A DNA stretch of 59,837 bases, counting the filler. It is 2 parts of 2 records of this genome, joined end to end, with 100 filler letters (N's around TTAATTAATTAA, not from the genome) between each part and the next. Parts side by side here need not be neighbours in the genome. Positions count along the whole stretch, not along the records: positions 32,034 to 59,837 come from SRR20825019_332; 1 more part is not named here. One strand, written 5' to 3'. The notes below the pieces were generated by a model. That model saw nothing but the letters and a program-made list of their open reading frames with translations, was not told the DNA's origin and did no database searches. Positions 33,310-43,417 of the stretch are shown piece after piece. The position numbers and the translations under genes were made by a program. Numbering within the stretch: the stretch's first letter is position 1; every line of letters starts with the position of its first letter.

Positions 33310-35286
33310 ATGAAAAAAAATTTATTTACGTTGGCAGGTCTTTTTTTGTTGACCATATCCTGCCAGGAAGAATCCAAAAATCAGGCAGGTGATCAAAGTA
33401 TGGCCGGTAAGTCACCGGACTATCCCATTGAGTCCGTGAACATACAGAATGTAAAGCTTAATGATGAGTTTTGGTTGCCGATCATACAACGTGTTCAGGA
33501 AAAAACCATTGAATATGCGTTGGCCAAATGCCAGCAAGAAGGTCGTTTTGACAATTTTTTGATTGCAGGGGGAGAAATGGAAGGCGAGGTAAAAGGTGCC
33601 ATGCCGTTTGATGATACCGATGTTTACAAAATAATTGAGGGAGCTTCCAACTCACTCATCAGTGCTCCCAATCCCAAATTGGAAAAATTGGTCGATTCGT
33701 TGGTTTCCATTATCAAGATAGGGCAGGAAGCGGATGGTTATTTGACCACATGGCGAACCATTGACCCTGCCAAACCTCCTGCCAACTGGGTAAATGTTGA
33801 CAAAGGGGAACGTTGGGAATCCTTGGCAGCGAGCCACGAGCTGTATAACGCAGGACATTTGTACGAAGCGGCAGCCGTACACTACGAAGCAACCGGGAAG
33901 CGAAATTTTTTGGACATTGCCATCAAAAATGCTGATTTAATGGTAAAGACCTTTGGCGATGGAGAAGGAAAGATCGCTGCTGTCCCCGGACACCAGATCA
34001 TAGAAACGGGGCTCATCAAACTGTATCAGATTACAGGAAAAGAGGATTATCTAAAACTTTCCAAATACTTTTTGGATAACAGGGGAAATCCTGATAACCA
34101 CGACCTTTTTGGAGCTTATTCGCAAGATCACTTGCCCGTTGTGGCACAGGACGAAGTGGTAGGGCATGCCGTAAGAGCGGTTTATATGTACGCTGCCATG
34201 ACGGATATTGCCGCTATTCAAAAAGATACCGCCTACTTGGATGCAGTAAATACGCTTTGGGAGAACATGGTCAACAAAAAAATGTACATCACGGGAGGCA
34301 TTGGTGCCAAACATGATGGCGAGGCATTTGGTGAAAATTATGAGCTGCCCAACCTAACGGCCTACAACGAAACATGTGCATCTATCGGTGATGTCTACTG
34401 GAACCATAGGTTGCACAACCTCACGGGGGATGTAAAATATTTTGATGTTATTGAAAGAACATTGTACAACGGGTTGATTTCCGGACTGTCCCTGGATGGT
34501 CAACAGTTCTTTTATCCCAACGCTCTGGAATCCGACGGTGTTTACAAATTCAACCAAGGAGCATGCACCCGAAAGGATTGGTTCGACTGCTCTTGCTGTC
34601 CTACCAATGTAATCCGTTTTATTCCCGCCATGCCAGGGCTTATCTATTCCAAAACGGGCAATACCCTGTATACGAACTTATATGCGAGCAATGAGGCAAA
34701 GGTGGAATTGCAGAATCAAGACATAATAGTCACTCAAGACACATCGTACCCATGGGACGGGAAAGTTAAATTCACTGTAGAACCAGAGATGGAAGGAGAA
34801 TTTACCGTAAAGTTCAGGATACCTGGCTGGTCCAGGAATGCCGTTTTGCCTGGAGATTTGTATCAATATGTTTCCAAAGATGAAGCAAGCAATAAGCTTA
34901 GCTTAAATGAGGAGGAGATCGATGTGGTTGCTGATAATGGCTATTTCACGCTGACCAGAACATGGAAATCTGGGGATCAGGTGGAATTGGAGTTCCCAAT
35001 GTCCGTAAGAAAAGTGAAGGCCAATCCAGAAGTCGAAGAAGACCTGGGGAAAATGTCCCTTGAGTACGGTCCTATCGTTTATGCGGTAGAGGAAATTGAT
35101 AATAAAAGCACTTTTGATAATATCCGGCTCACTGCCAATGAAGAATTCAAGGTGGAGATGCAGCCCGAATTATTGGGAGGTGTCAAAACCATATCAAATG
35201 AGAAGTTAACCGCCATACCCTATTACGCATGGTCCAATCGTGGTATTGGTAAAATGAAGGTGTGGTTACCTACAGAGGAAAATTAA
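33310..35286 (+). CDS. Beta-L-arabinofuranosidase GH127 (HypBA1-like) lipoprotein
   Basis: Lipobox TISC. Motifs HELYNAGH, GHAVRA, GEAFG, YNETCA, CSCCP (Zn/Cys active site), AIPYYAWSNRG. Confidence 0.93.
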   Translation: MKKNLFTLAGLFLLTISCQEESKNQAGDQSMAGKSPDYPIESVNIQNVKLNDEFWLPIIQRVQEKTIEYALAKCQQEGRFDNFLIAGGEMEGEVKGAMPFDDTDVYKIIEGASNSLISAPNPKLEKLVDSLVSIIKIGQEADGYLTTWRTIDPAKPPANWVNVDKGERWESLAASHELYNAGHLYEAAAVHYEATGKRNFLDIAIKNADLMVKTFGDGEGKIAAVPGHQIIETGLIKLYQITGKEDYLKLSKYFLDNRGNPDNHDLFGAYSQDHLPVVAQDEVVGHAVRAVYMYAAMTDIAAIQKDTAYLDAVNTLWENMVNKKMYITGGIGAKHDGEAFGENYELPNLTAYNETCASIGDVYWNHRLHNLTGDVKYFDVIERTLYNGLISGLSLDGQQFFYPNALESDGVYKFNQGACTRKDWFDCSCCPTNVIRFIPAMPGLIYSKTGNTLYTNLYASNEAKVELQNQDIIVTQDTSYPWDGKVKFTVEPEMEGEFTVKFRIPGWSRNAVLPGDLYQYVSKDEASNKLSLNEEEIDVVADNGYFTLTRTWKSGDQVELEFPMSVRKVKANPEVEEDLGKMSLEYGPIVYAVEEIDNKSTFDNIRLTANEEFKVEMQPELLGGVKTISNEKLTAIPYYAWSNRGIGKMKVWLPTEEN

Positions 35287-35310
35287 TGCATTGAAGATAG
35301 AAAAGAACCA

Positions 35311-36987
35311 ATGAAGAAATATGTAATAGGACTCGATTATGGTTCCGACTCGGTAAGAGCGGTAATGATCGATTCCCAAAACGGAGCGGAACTGGCCTCC
35401 GAAGTATTCTGGTATCCTAGATGGAAAGCACAAAAATACTGTGACCCCGCCATCAACCAGTTTCGACAACACCCCTTAGATCATATAGAGGGATTGGAGC
35501 ATACCATAGCCTCCGTGATGAAGCAAAGCGAGGTGTCCCCAGAAACCGTAAAAGGAATCTGTATCGATACCACAGGTTCCTCGCCAATGCCAGTGACCCA
35601 AGACGGCACTCCATTGGCCTGCAAGGATGGTTTTGAGGAAAATCCGAACGCCATGATGGTGCTTTGGAAAGACCACACCGCTGTAAAAGAAGCAAACGAA
35701 ATCAACGAACTGGCCAGAAGCTGGGGCGGAGAAGATTACACCAAATATGAAGGTGGCATTTATTCTTCCGAGTGGTTCTGGGCCAAAATTCTTCATGTGG
35801 CCAGAGAAGATAAAAGCGTAGTTGATGCTACCCATACATGGATGGAACACTGTGACTTTATCACTTATCTTTTGGCGGATGAAAAAGATTTAAAGGCATT
35901 TAAAAGAAGTAGATGCGCAGCAGGACACAAAGCCATGTGGCACGAAAGCTGGGGCGGACTTCCCGATTCAGCTTTTTTATCAAAACTGGATCCGTACTTG
36001 GCATCACTTCGTGATAATCTGTATCAAGATACATTTACATCGAACGAAGTTGCGGGCCATCTGAACAAAGAGTGGGCGGACAAATTAGGTCTTACTACCG
36101 ATACCGTAATCGCTGTGGGTACTTTTGATGCCCATGCAGGTGCCGTTGGCGCCAAAGTAGACCACCACGCACTGGTCCGAGTCATGGGAACCTCCACTTG
36201 TGACATCATGGTCTCATCCAACCAAGCAGTGGGCGACAAAACGGTTAAAGGCATATGTGGACAGGTCGATGGTTCCGTAATCCCTGGCATGGTCGGTCTA
36301 GAAGCAGGTCAATCCGCTTTTGGTGATGTATTGGCATGGTTCAAGGACGTATTGCAATGGCCAATAGATAACTTGGTTTTAAACTCCGAGGTGTTGTCGG
36401 AGGAACAAAAAGCCGAGCTCAAAGATGAAATAGAATCAAAATTTATTCGGTCTTTGGCGGAACAGGCGGAGGCAATTGCTTTGTCCGAAGTCGTCCCGGT
36501 CGCATTGGACTGGGTAAATGGCAGGAGAACTCCCGACGCCAATCAAGAATTGAAAAGTGCCATTTCTGGAATATCGCTGGGTACGAAGGCCCCCCATATT
36601 TTTAAATCCTTGGTCAATGCCATTTGCTTTGGCGCCAAAATGATCGTGGATCGTTTTGAGGACGAAGGTGTCAAAATCGAGACCGTCATCGGTATCGGTG
36701 GCGTGGCCAGAAAATCACCTTTCATTATGCAGACTTTGGCGAATGTATTGAACATGCCCATTAAAGTTGCAGAATCGGATCAAGCTCCGGCTTTGGGTGC
36801 GGCGATATACGCAGCAGTGGCCGCAGGGATTTATGGAAATGTAATTGAGGCCAGTAAGGTAATGGGAAGTGACTTTGAAGCAGAATATTTTCCGCAAGCG
36901 TCCCAAGTGGAGGTATATGCCCAGTTGTTGGAAGCGTATAAACAGCTTGGAAACTTTGTGGAAGAACAAACGAACAAAAACACATAA
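35311..36987 (+). CDS. araB: L-ribulokinase
   Basis: IGLDYGSDSVRA, LWKDHTA, YSSEWFWAK, CAAGHKAMW, GLEAGQSAFGD, DWVNGRRTP. Confidence 0.96.
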   Translation: MKKYVIGLDYGSDSVRAVMIDSQNGAELASEVFWYPRWKAQKYCDPAINQFRQHPLDHIEGLEHTIASVMKQSEVSPETVKGICIDTTGSSPMPVTQDGTPLACKDGFEENPNAMMVLWKDHTAVKEANEINELARSWGGEDYTKYEGGIYSSEWFWAKILHVAREDKSVVDATHTWMEHCDFITYLLADEKDLKAFKRSRCAAGHKAMWHESWGGLPDSAFLSKLDPYLASLRDNLYQDTFTSNEVAGHLNKEWADKLGLTTDTVIAVGTFDAHAGAVGAKVDHHALVRVMGTSTCDIMVSSNQAVGDKTVKGICGQVDGSVIPGMVGLEAGQSAFGDVLAWFKDVLQWPIDNLVLNSEVLSEEQKAELKDEIESKFIRSLAEQAEAIALSEVVPVALDWVNGRRTPDANQELKSAISGISLGTKAPHIFKSLVNAICFGAKMIVDRFEDEGVKIETVIGIGGVARKSPFIMQTLANVLNMPIKVAESDQAPALGAAIYAAVAAGIYGNVIEASKVMGSDFEAEYFPQASQVEVYAQLLEAYKQLGNFVEEQTNKNT

Positions 36988-36988
36988 G

Positions 36989-37690
36989 ATGAGCTCTACA
37001 TACAAATCGCTTAAAGAAGAATGTTACGAAGCGAACATGGAACTCAATGCCTTGGGTTTGGTCATATATACCTTTGGTAATGTGAGTGCTGTGGACAGGG
37101 AAAACGCTGTTTTCGCGATAAAACCAAGTGGTGTGCCCTATGAGACCTTGAAGCCTGAGGATATCGTCATCATGGATTACGATAACAATGTGGTCGAGGG
37201 CAGTTTAAGACCGTCATCCGATACCAAAACACATAGCTATCTCTATAAAAATTGGGAGAATATCGGTGGAGTAGCGCATACGCATGCCATGTATTCCGTT
37301 TCGTGGGCACAGGCACAAAGGGACATCCCGATTTTCGGCACCACACATGCCGATCATCTTACGCAAGATATTCCCTGTGCACCGCCAATGGCCGACGAAC
37401 TGATCGAAGGAAACTATGAGCACAACACGGGAATCCAGATTTTGGATTGTTTCAAGGATAGAAATTTGGACTATAACGAGGTCGAGATGGTACTGATTGG
37501 AAACCATGGGCCGTTTGCTTGGGGCAAAAATGCGGCCAAAGCCGTTTACAATACCAAAGTGTTGGAAACGGTTGCCCAAATGGCGTATTTGACTTTGCAG
37601 ATAAATCCGCAAGCTCCAAGATTAAAAGATTCATTAATAAAAAAACATTACGAGCGTAAACACGGTAAAAATGCCTACTACGGTCAATAA
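36989..37690 (+). CDS. araD: L-ribulose-5-phosphate 4-epimerase
   Basis: TFGNVS, IKPSGV, PSSDTKTH, HTH, GTTHADH, NHGPF, KHGKNAYYGQ. ATG at 36989. Confidence 0.96.
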   Translation: MSSTYKSLKEECYEANMELNALGLVIYTFGNVSAVDRENAVFAIKPSGVPYETLKPEDIVIMDYDNNVVEGSLRPSSDTKTHSYLYKNWENIGGVAHTHAMYSVSWAQAQRDIPIFGTTHADHLTQDIPCAPPMADELIEGNYEHNTGIQILDCFKDRNLDYNEVEMVLIGNHGPFAWGKNAAKAVYNTKVLETVAQMAYLTLQINPQAPRLKDSLIKKHYERKHGKNAYYGQ

Positions 37691-37704
37691 ATAAATCAAA
37701 ATAA

Positions 37705-39210
37705 ATGAAAATAGCTAAAAAGGAAATCTGGTTTGTAACAGGAAGTCAACATTTGTACGGGCCGGAGACCTTAAAACAAGTCGCGAGCAATTCAAAAAAT
37801 ATTGTTGATGGATTGAATGCAGCTGGAAAATTGCCCGTCACCTTGGTTTTTAAACCCATTGTAACCACACCGCAAGAAATTACCGCTCTCTGTCGTGAAG
37901 CAAGTAACTCCACCTCTTGTATAGGGGTCGTTACCTGGATGCATACTTTTTCCCCAGCTAAAATGTGGATTGCAGGACTCAAGATATTGAGCAAGCCTTT
38001 GTGCCACCTGCACACCCAATTCAATGCAGAGATTCCTTGGGACAGCATTGATATGGATTTTATGAATCTGAATCAATCCGCACATGGTGACCGAGAGTTT
38101 GGATTTATGATGTCCAGAATGCGCAAGAATCGCAAAGTGGTTGTAGGTCATTGGAAAGATGAGCGAGTTCAAAAAAAATTGGCCATTTGGTCGCGAGTTG
38201 CTTTGGGAGTTGATGAATTACAACATATGAAAGTGGCCAGAATTGGCGACAATATGCGAGAAGTCGCTGTTACCGAAGGCGATAAAGTCGCAGCTCAATT
38301 ACGTTTTGGTGTAGCTGTGAACGGTTATGATTCATCCGATATTACCAATATTATCAATGGATTGGAACAAAAAGCCGTTGATCAACTGATCGAGGAATAC
38401 GAAGCCAGCTATAATCTGTCAGAATCGCTTCAAAAGAATGGAGCACAAAGACAGTCTTTGATAGATTCAGCCAGAATAGAATTGGGACTTAGAACCTTCT
38501 TGGACGATGGTGGCTTTAAGGCATTCACGGATACTTTCGAGAATCTTGGAACCCTTAAACAGTTGCCAGGTCTCGCAGTACAGCGTTTGATGGCCGACGG
38601 ATATGGCTTTGGTGGCGAAGGTGATTGGAAAACCGCCGCCTTGACCCGTACCATGAAAGTAATGGCCGAAGGGTTGGAAGGTGGCACTTCCTTTATGGAA
38701 GATTATACCTACCACTTTACACCTCAAAAAGATTATGTTTTGGGCTCGCACATGTTGGAGATTTGTCCTTCCATTGCAAGTGCAAAACCCTCTTGTGAAG
38801 TGCATCCGTTGGGTATTGGTGGCAAGGAAGACCCTGTTAGGTTGGTCTTCGACTCTCCCGCAGGTGATGCATTGAATGCTTCATTGATAGATATGGGCAA
38901 CAGGTTCCGTTTGATCGTGAACGAAGTGGAAGCAGTAGCTCCCATGGCCGATTTGCCAAAATTACCAGTGGCACGGGTACTTTGGGACCCTAAGCCCAAC
39001 TTGGATATTGCCGCAACCGCTTGGATTCATGCGGGAGGAGCGCACCATACGGTATATACCCAAGCGTTGACCACTGAATATATGGAAGATTTTGCCGATA
39101 TTTTCGGAATAGAACTTTTAGTCATAGATTCGGACACGAAACTTAGAGCATTTAAAGATCAACTCCACGCCAATGAAGCATACTATCATTTGTTTCAGCA
39201 TGGAATGTAA
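37705..39210 (+). CDS. araA: L-arabinose isomerase
   Basis: [51 protein letters not shown]. Confidence 0.97.
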   Translation: MKIAKKEIWFVTGSQHLYGPETLKQVASNSKNIVDGLNAAGKLPVTLVFKPIVTTPQEITALCREASNSTSCIGVVTWMHTFSPAKMWIAGLKILSKPLCHLHTQFNAEIPWDSIDMDFMNLNQSAHGDREFGFMMSRMRKNRKVVVGHWKDERVQKKLAIWSRVALGVDELQHMKVARIGDNMREVAVTEGDKVAAQLRFGVAVNGYDSSDITNIINGLEQKAVDQLIEEYEASYNLSESLQKNGAQRQSLIDSARIELGLRTFLDDGGFKAFTDTFENLGTLKQLPGLAVQRLMADGYGFGGEGDWKTAALTRTMKVMAEGLEGGTSFMEDYTYHFTPQKDYVLGSHMLEICPSIASAKPSCEVHPLGIGGKEDPVRLVFDSPAGDALNASLIDMGNRFRLIVNEVEAVAPMADLPKLPVARVLWDPKPNLDIAATAWIHAGGAHHTVYTQALTTEYMEDFADIFGIELLVIDSDTKLRAFKDQLHANEAYYHLFQHGM

Positions 39211-39230
39211 TCAACTAACTTAAAATTATA

Positions 39231-40418
39231 ATGATGAGGATAACCAAACCTTCTATATTTTACGGGGTTTTACTTTTGGTCTTTACAATTATCAGCTGTA
39301 AGGAAAACAAAAAAGAAAGCCAGTCAGAAATGGAAACTGCAAAAACTGAAAGTACACAAAACCCCATTGAGGAGACCATCTTTGGAGAAATGCCAGATGG
39401 CACAAAAGTGAAAAAATTCACGCTGAAAAATGAAGCGGGAACAGAAGTGGATGTCATTACCTACGGGGGTATCATCACCCGCTGGACAGCTCCAGATAGC
39501 AATGGGGCCTATGAGGACATTGTTTTAGGTTTTGATGATCTGGACCAATATCTTGATGGAAACCCGTTTTTTGGGGCACTTATTGGCCGGTATGGAAACC
39601 GTATAGCCAACGGGAAGTTTTCTTTGGACGGAGAAACCTATACGCTGGCCACAAACGATGGCGATAACCATTTGCATGGAGGAGAGAAAGGATTCGATAA
39701 AGTGGTATGGGATGGAGTTGCCAAAACTACTGAGGAAGGCGCTACCGTTGAGCTTACCTACACCAGTGAAGATGGAGAGGAAGGATACCCCGGAAAATTG
39801 GATGTAAAGGTCACCTATACGCTTACGGATGACAATGCATTGGATATTCAGTATGAAGCTGTGACGGACAAACCAACAGTTGTCAACTTAACGCAGCACA
39901 GTTATTTTAATCTTTCAGGACAACTTTCCAAACCAGTTTTGGACCATAAGATTTATTTGAATGCCGATACCTACTTGCCCGTTGATGGAGGTTTGATTCC
40001 GACTGGAGAATTAAGGAAAGTAGCGGGAACGCCTTTCGATTTCAAGGAGCCGAAACTAATAGGTAAGGAGATAGAGGCCGAAAACGAGCAATTGGGACTT
40101 GGTGGCGGTTATGATCATTGTTGGGTGCTTAATGAGGGTAAGGACAACTTTCGTTTGGCCGCCTCGGCATATCACGAAAAAACGGGACGTTTTATGGAAG
40201 TATACACCAACGAGCCCGCGATTCAGTTTTATAGCGGAAACTTTTTGGATGGAACCTTGCCTGCAAAAGCAGGGGGTACCTATGTCAAGCGTTCAGGCTT
40301 CTGTTTGGAAACCCAACACTATCCAGATAGTCCCAACCAGTCAGATTTTCCATCGGTTAGGCTGAATCCTGGTGAAAAATATACTTCGAGGACCATGTAT
40401 AAATTATCAACCAAATAA
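39231..40418 (+). CDS. galM: Aldose 1-epimerase (mutarotase) lipoprotein
   Basis: Lipobox IISC. Motifs GRYGNRIANG, NHLHGG, NLTQHSYFNL, GYDHC, CLETQHYPDSPN. Confidence 0.93.
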   Translation: MMRITKPSIFYGVLLLVFTIISCKENKKESQSEMETAKTESTQNPIEETIFGEMPDGTKVKKFTLKNEAGTEVDVITYGGIITRWTAPDSNGAYEDIVLGFDDLDQYLDGNPFFGALIGRYGNRIANGKFSLDGETYTLATNDGDNHLHGGEKGFDKVVWDGVAKTTEEGATVELTYTSEDGEEGYPGKLDVKVTYTLTDDNALDIQYEAVTDKPTVVNLTQHSYFNLSGQLSKPVLDHKIYLNADTYLPVDGGLIPTGELRKVAGTPFDFKEPKLIGKEIEAENEQLGLGGGYDHCWVLNEGKDNFRLAASAYHEKTGRFMEVYTNEPAIQFYSGNFLDGTLPAKAGGTYVKRSGFCLETQHYPDSPNQSDFPSVRLNPGEKYTSRTMYKLSTK

Positions 40419-40428
40419 AATAACTGCC

Positions 40429-42048
40429 ATGCAGACATTGGATACGTTTGATTGGGTAGCCATATCCATATACTTTTTGATTCTTCTGGGAATTGCACTA
40501 TGGGTAATCCGTAAAAAGGAGAACAATACCGAAGACTATTTTTTGGCTGGTAGGAATGTAGGATGGTTCGTTGTAGGAGCGTCTATTTTTGCCTCAAATA
40601 TAGGGTCGGAACACGTTGTGGGATTGGCAGGAGCTGGTGCCGGGGACCGTTTGCCCATGTTGATTTACGAAATACAAGCTTGGGTAGTTTTGATTCTGGG
40701 ATGGGTATTCCTGCCCTTTTATGCAAGAGCTGGAGTTTTCACCATGCCCGAGTTCCTGGAAAAACGTTTTGACGCTAGGGCGAGGTGGATACTGTCCGTA
40801 TTCTCCATCGTGGCCTACGTGCTCACCAAAATTTCCGTGACCATTTATGCAGGCGGAATTGTGGTTTCCGCACTCTTGGGCATCGATTTTTGGACAGGTG
40901 CCATTGCAACAGTCGTACTGACTGGAATCTACACAGTGCTGGGAGGTATGAGGGCGGTTGTTTATACCGAGACCCTGCAAGCCGTTATTTTGGTGATCGG
41001 GGCCGCTGCACTTACCTTTATTGGTCTTGATCATGTCGGAGGATGGGAAAGTATGAAGGAAACCGTAACCCCAGAATATTTGAATATGTGGAGAGCAGCC
41101 TCGGATCCCGATTTTCCATGGCCGCCACTTTTGATTGCCAGTACCATTACGGGTATCTGGTATTGGTGTACCGATCAATATATCGTGCAACGTGCATTGA
41201 CGGCAAAGAACATAAAAGAGGGTAGGAGAGGAACCATTTTCGGAGCCCTGTTAAAACTGTTACCCGTATTCTTGTTTTTGATTCCGGGTGTTATCGCCTT
41301 AACACTTAAAATGCGTGGAGAATTACAATGGGACAGTCCTGATCAAGCTTTTCCTGTATTGATGAGCAACTTATTGCCATCGGGGCTTCGAGGACTGGTG
41401 GCTGCAGGTCTGTTGGCCGCTTTGATGAGTTCTTTGGCTTCGGTTTTTAATTCTTGCTCCACCTTGTTTACGGTTGATATTTATAAGAAATTAAGACCCA
41501 ATGCACCGGAAAAGAAATTGGTGCGGACCGGTCAGATTGCCACAGTGATTGTGGTAATCATCGGTATTATTTGGATTCCCATCATGGCCAATATCTCAGG
41601 AGTGCTTTATGAGTACCTGCAAAGTGTACAGTCCTATATAGCACCTCCGATTACAGCTGTGTTCCTATTGGGTATTTTTCATAAGCGAATCAATGCGCAA
41701 GGGGCGTTCGTGACCATGGTGGTCGGATTTATTGTGGGAGCCGTCCGAATTGTACTGGAATTGGTAAAAGATTCATTGAATCCCGATAGTTTCTGGTTCT
41801 TGTTGGGCGATATGAACTTCCTATCGTTTGCATCATGGTTCTTCTTATTCTGTATTATCCTGATTTTGGTCGTGAGCTACGCTACCGCGCCACCATCAGA
41901 AGAGAAACTGAAAAACCTGACCTATGCCACGATTTCCGAAGAGGAAAGAAAGGACAATAAAAATAGCTACAATTGGAAGGATATCGTCATTTCCACCATC
42001 ATCATAGCCATTGTGGTGTATGTAATGATTTGGTTCAACGGAAAATAA
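40429..42048 (+). CDS. Sodium:solute symporter (SGLT-like sugar transporter)
   Basis: YFLAGR, ASNIGSEH, TMPEFLEKRF, WYWCTDQYIVQR, AALMSSLAS. ATG at 40429. Confidence 0.94.
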   Translation: MQTLDTFDWVAISIYFLILLGIALWVIRKKENNTEDYFLAGRNVGWFVVGASIFASNIGSEHVVGLAGAGAGDRLPMLIYEIQAWVVLILGWVFLPFYARAGVFTMPEFLEKRFDARARWILSVFSIVAYVLTKISVTIYAGGIVVSALLGIDFWTGAIATVVLTGIYTVLGGMRAVVYTETLQAVILVIGAAALTFIGLDHVGGWESMKETVTPEYLNMWRAASDPDFPWPPLLIASTITGIWYWCTDQYIVQRALTAKNIKEGRRGTIFGALLKLLPVFLFLIPGVIALTLKMRGELQWDSPDQAFPVLMSNLLPSGLRGLVAAGLLAALMSSLASVFNSCSTLFTVDIYKKLRPNAPEKKLVRTGQIATVIVVIIGIIWIPIMANISGVLYEYLQSVQSYIAPPITAVFLLGIFHKRINAQGAFVTMVVGFIVGAVRIVLELVKDSLNPDSFWFLLGDMNFLSFASWFFLFCIILILVVSYATAPPSEEKLKNLTYATISEEERKDNKNSYNWKDIVISTIIIAIVVYVMIWFNGK

Positions 42049-42079
42049 AAACTTGATATTGGTTGGATTCTTGAATAAT

Positions 42080-42108
42080 AAATGGGCGCTTTTAAAGTGC
42101 CCATTTTT
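42080..42108. terminator. Intrinsic terminator between the convergent symporter and TolC genes
   Basis: AAATGGGCGCTT-TTA-AAGTGCCCATTT stem-loop followed by a T run. Confidence 0.8.
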
Positions 42109-43414
42109 ATATCTGAAGGTTTCCGGCCAATTGTTTTAGGATAATCTCCGAAACCTTTGCCTGGTACTTTGCGTTACTATTTCTAACCTTGGCATTGATA
42201 TAGTTTAATTGGGCTGTGCGGAATTCGATAGTGGGAATGATTCCGATTCTATACTTTTCCACCGTGATATCAAGATTTTCCTTGGCAATGGACTCGTTTT
42301 TTTCCTCCAGTTCCATCAAACTGATATTGGTCAAGTAGGTTTGATAGGTGCTGTTTACCATGGAAGTTAAGCTCTGTTCCTGTTCGGCAATCGCTATTTC
42401 GGCATTCTCCAAGGCAATTTTCCCGATTTTTTCGTTCCTGTTTTGATTGAAACCATCAAATAAGTTGAGGGATGCCCCAAATCCGTAGTTGAAACCATTG
42501 GATTGTGAACGCGTGCTAAAGCCAAGCTCCGAGGTGGAATTTCCGATGTTATAGCCAGTGGTCACATATATTGAAGGATAACGCGAAGCCTTAATTTGTT
42601 TAAGTTGCAATTCACTTATCCGTTTACTTATTTTTTCCGCCTGTAACTGAGGGTTCTCTTCAACCACCTGATTTTCCAATTCTTCAAGGTTCAGCTGTTG
42701 GTCAACAAAAATTTCTGGAATTACCTTAAAATCGATTTTTAAATCGCGGGCCAATTGTTCGTTCAGCAAGATTTTTGTGTTTTTGTGCAGCTCTTGCTGA
42801 CGTTGCATTTGGGTTTTATCCGTGTTCAAGTCAACCTGGGCGTTCAGCACCTCTAATTTTGATGCTTTACCTATGGTAAAACGGTTTTGGGCCAATTCCA
42901 CCCGTTGTTCGGATATCAATAGGGTACTGTCCAAAGCGGAAAGTTGCTGTTGCTGTTGCACCAAATCATAATACGTGGTCATTACATCGCCCACTTTTCC
43001 CAAAATCGCTTGTTTCAGCTCAGCTTCGCCCAGTTTTTCGGTTTCCTTTAGCTGTTCGTAGTTGGCAAACATTCGTAATCCGTCGAAAATGGTCCATTCC
43101 AGGGCAACCCCGTAACTGAGGTTGCTGTTCTTGGCATTATCCCGCTCTACTTCCGTTCCATCTACCCGTGTTTGCGATAGGTTTTGAACACTGTTGTTGT
43201 CCACAATACTGGCAGTGACCTGTGGCAACATGCCTGCCTGACCTGGGGTTACTGCCGTTTCATCCATTCGTAGGTCGTTCTTGGCGGTCTTTATTTGATA
43301 GTTGTTCTCTAGCGCAATCTTTACGGCTTCTTCAACGGTAAGCACTTCTTGAGCATTAGAGTAAAGAGCTGTGGCTAATATTAGTAAGAACAGTAGGTAA
43401 TTTTTAAAATCCAT
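42107..43414 (-). CDS. TolC-family outer membrane efflux protein
   Basis: Signal peptide, LTVEEAVKIALENN, helical repeats. Last gene of an MFP-RND-OMF operon. Confidence 0.92.
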   Translation of the reverse strand: MDFKNYLLFLLILATALYSNAQEVLTVEEAVKIALENNYQIKTAKNDLRMDETAVTPGQAGMLPQVTASIVDNNSVQNLSQTRVDGTEVERDNAKNSNLSYGVALEWTIFDGLRMFANYEQLKETEKLGEAELKQAILGKVGDVMTTYYDLVQQQQQLSALDSTLLISEQRVELAQNRFTIGKASKLEVLNAQVDLNTDKTQMQRQQELHKNTKILLNEQLARDLKIDFKVIPEIFVDQQLNLEELENQVVEENPQLQAEKISKRISELQLKQIKASRYPSIYVTTGYNIGNSTSELGFSTRSQSNGFNYGFGASLNLFDGFNQNRNEKIGKIALENAEIAIAEQEQSLTSMVNSTYQTYLTNISLMELEEKNESIAKENLDITVEKYRIGIIPTIEFRTAQLNYINAKVRNSNAKYQAKVSEIILKQLAGNLQI

Positions 43415-43417
43415 AAG

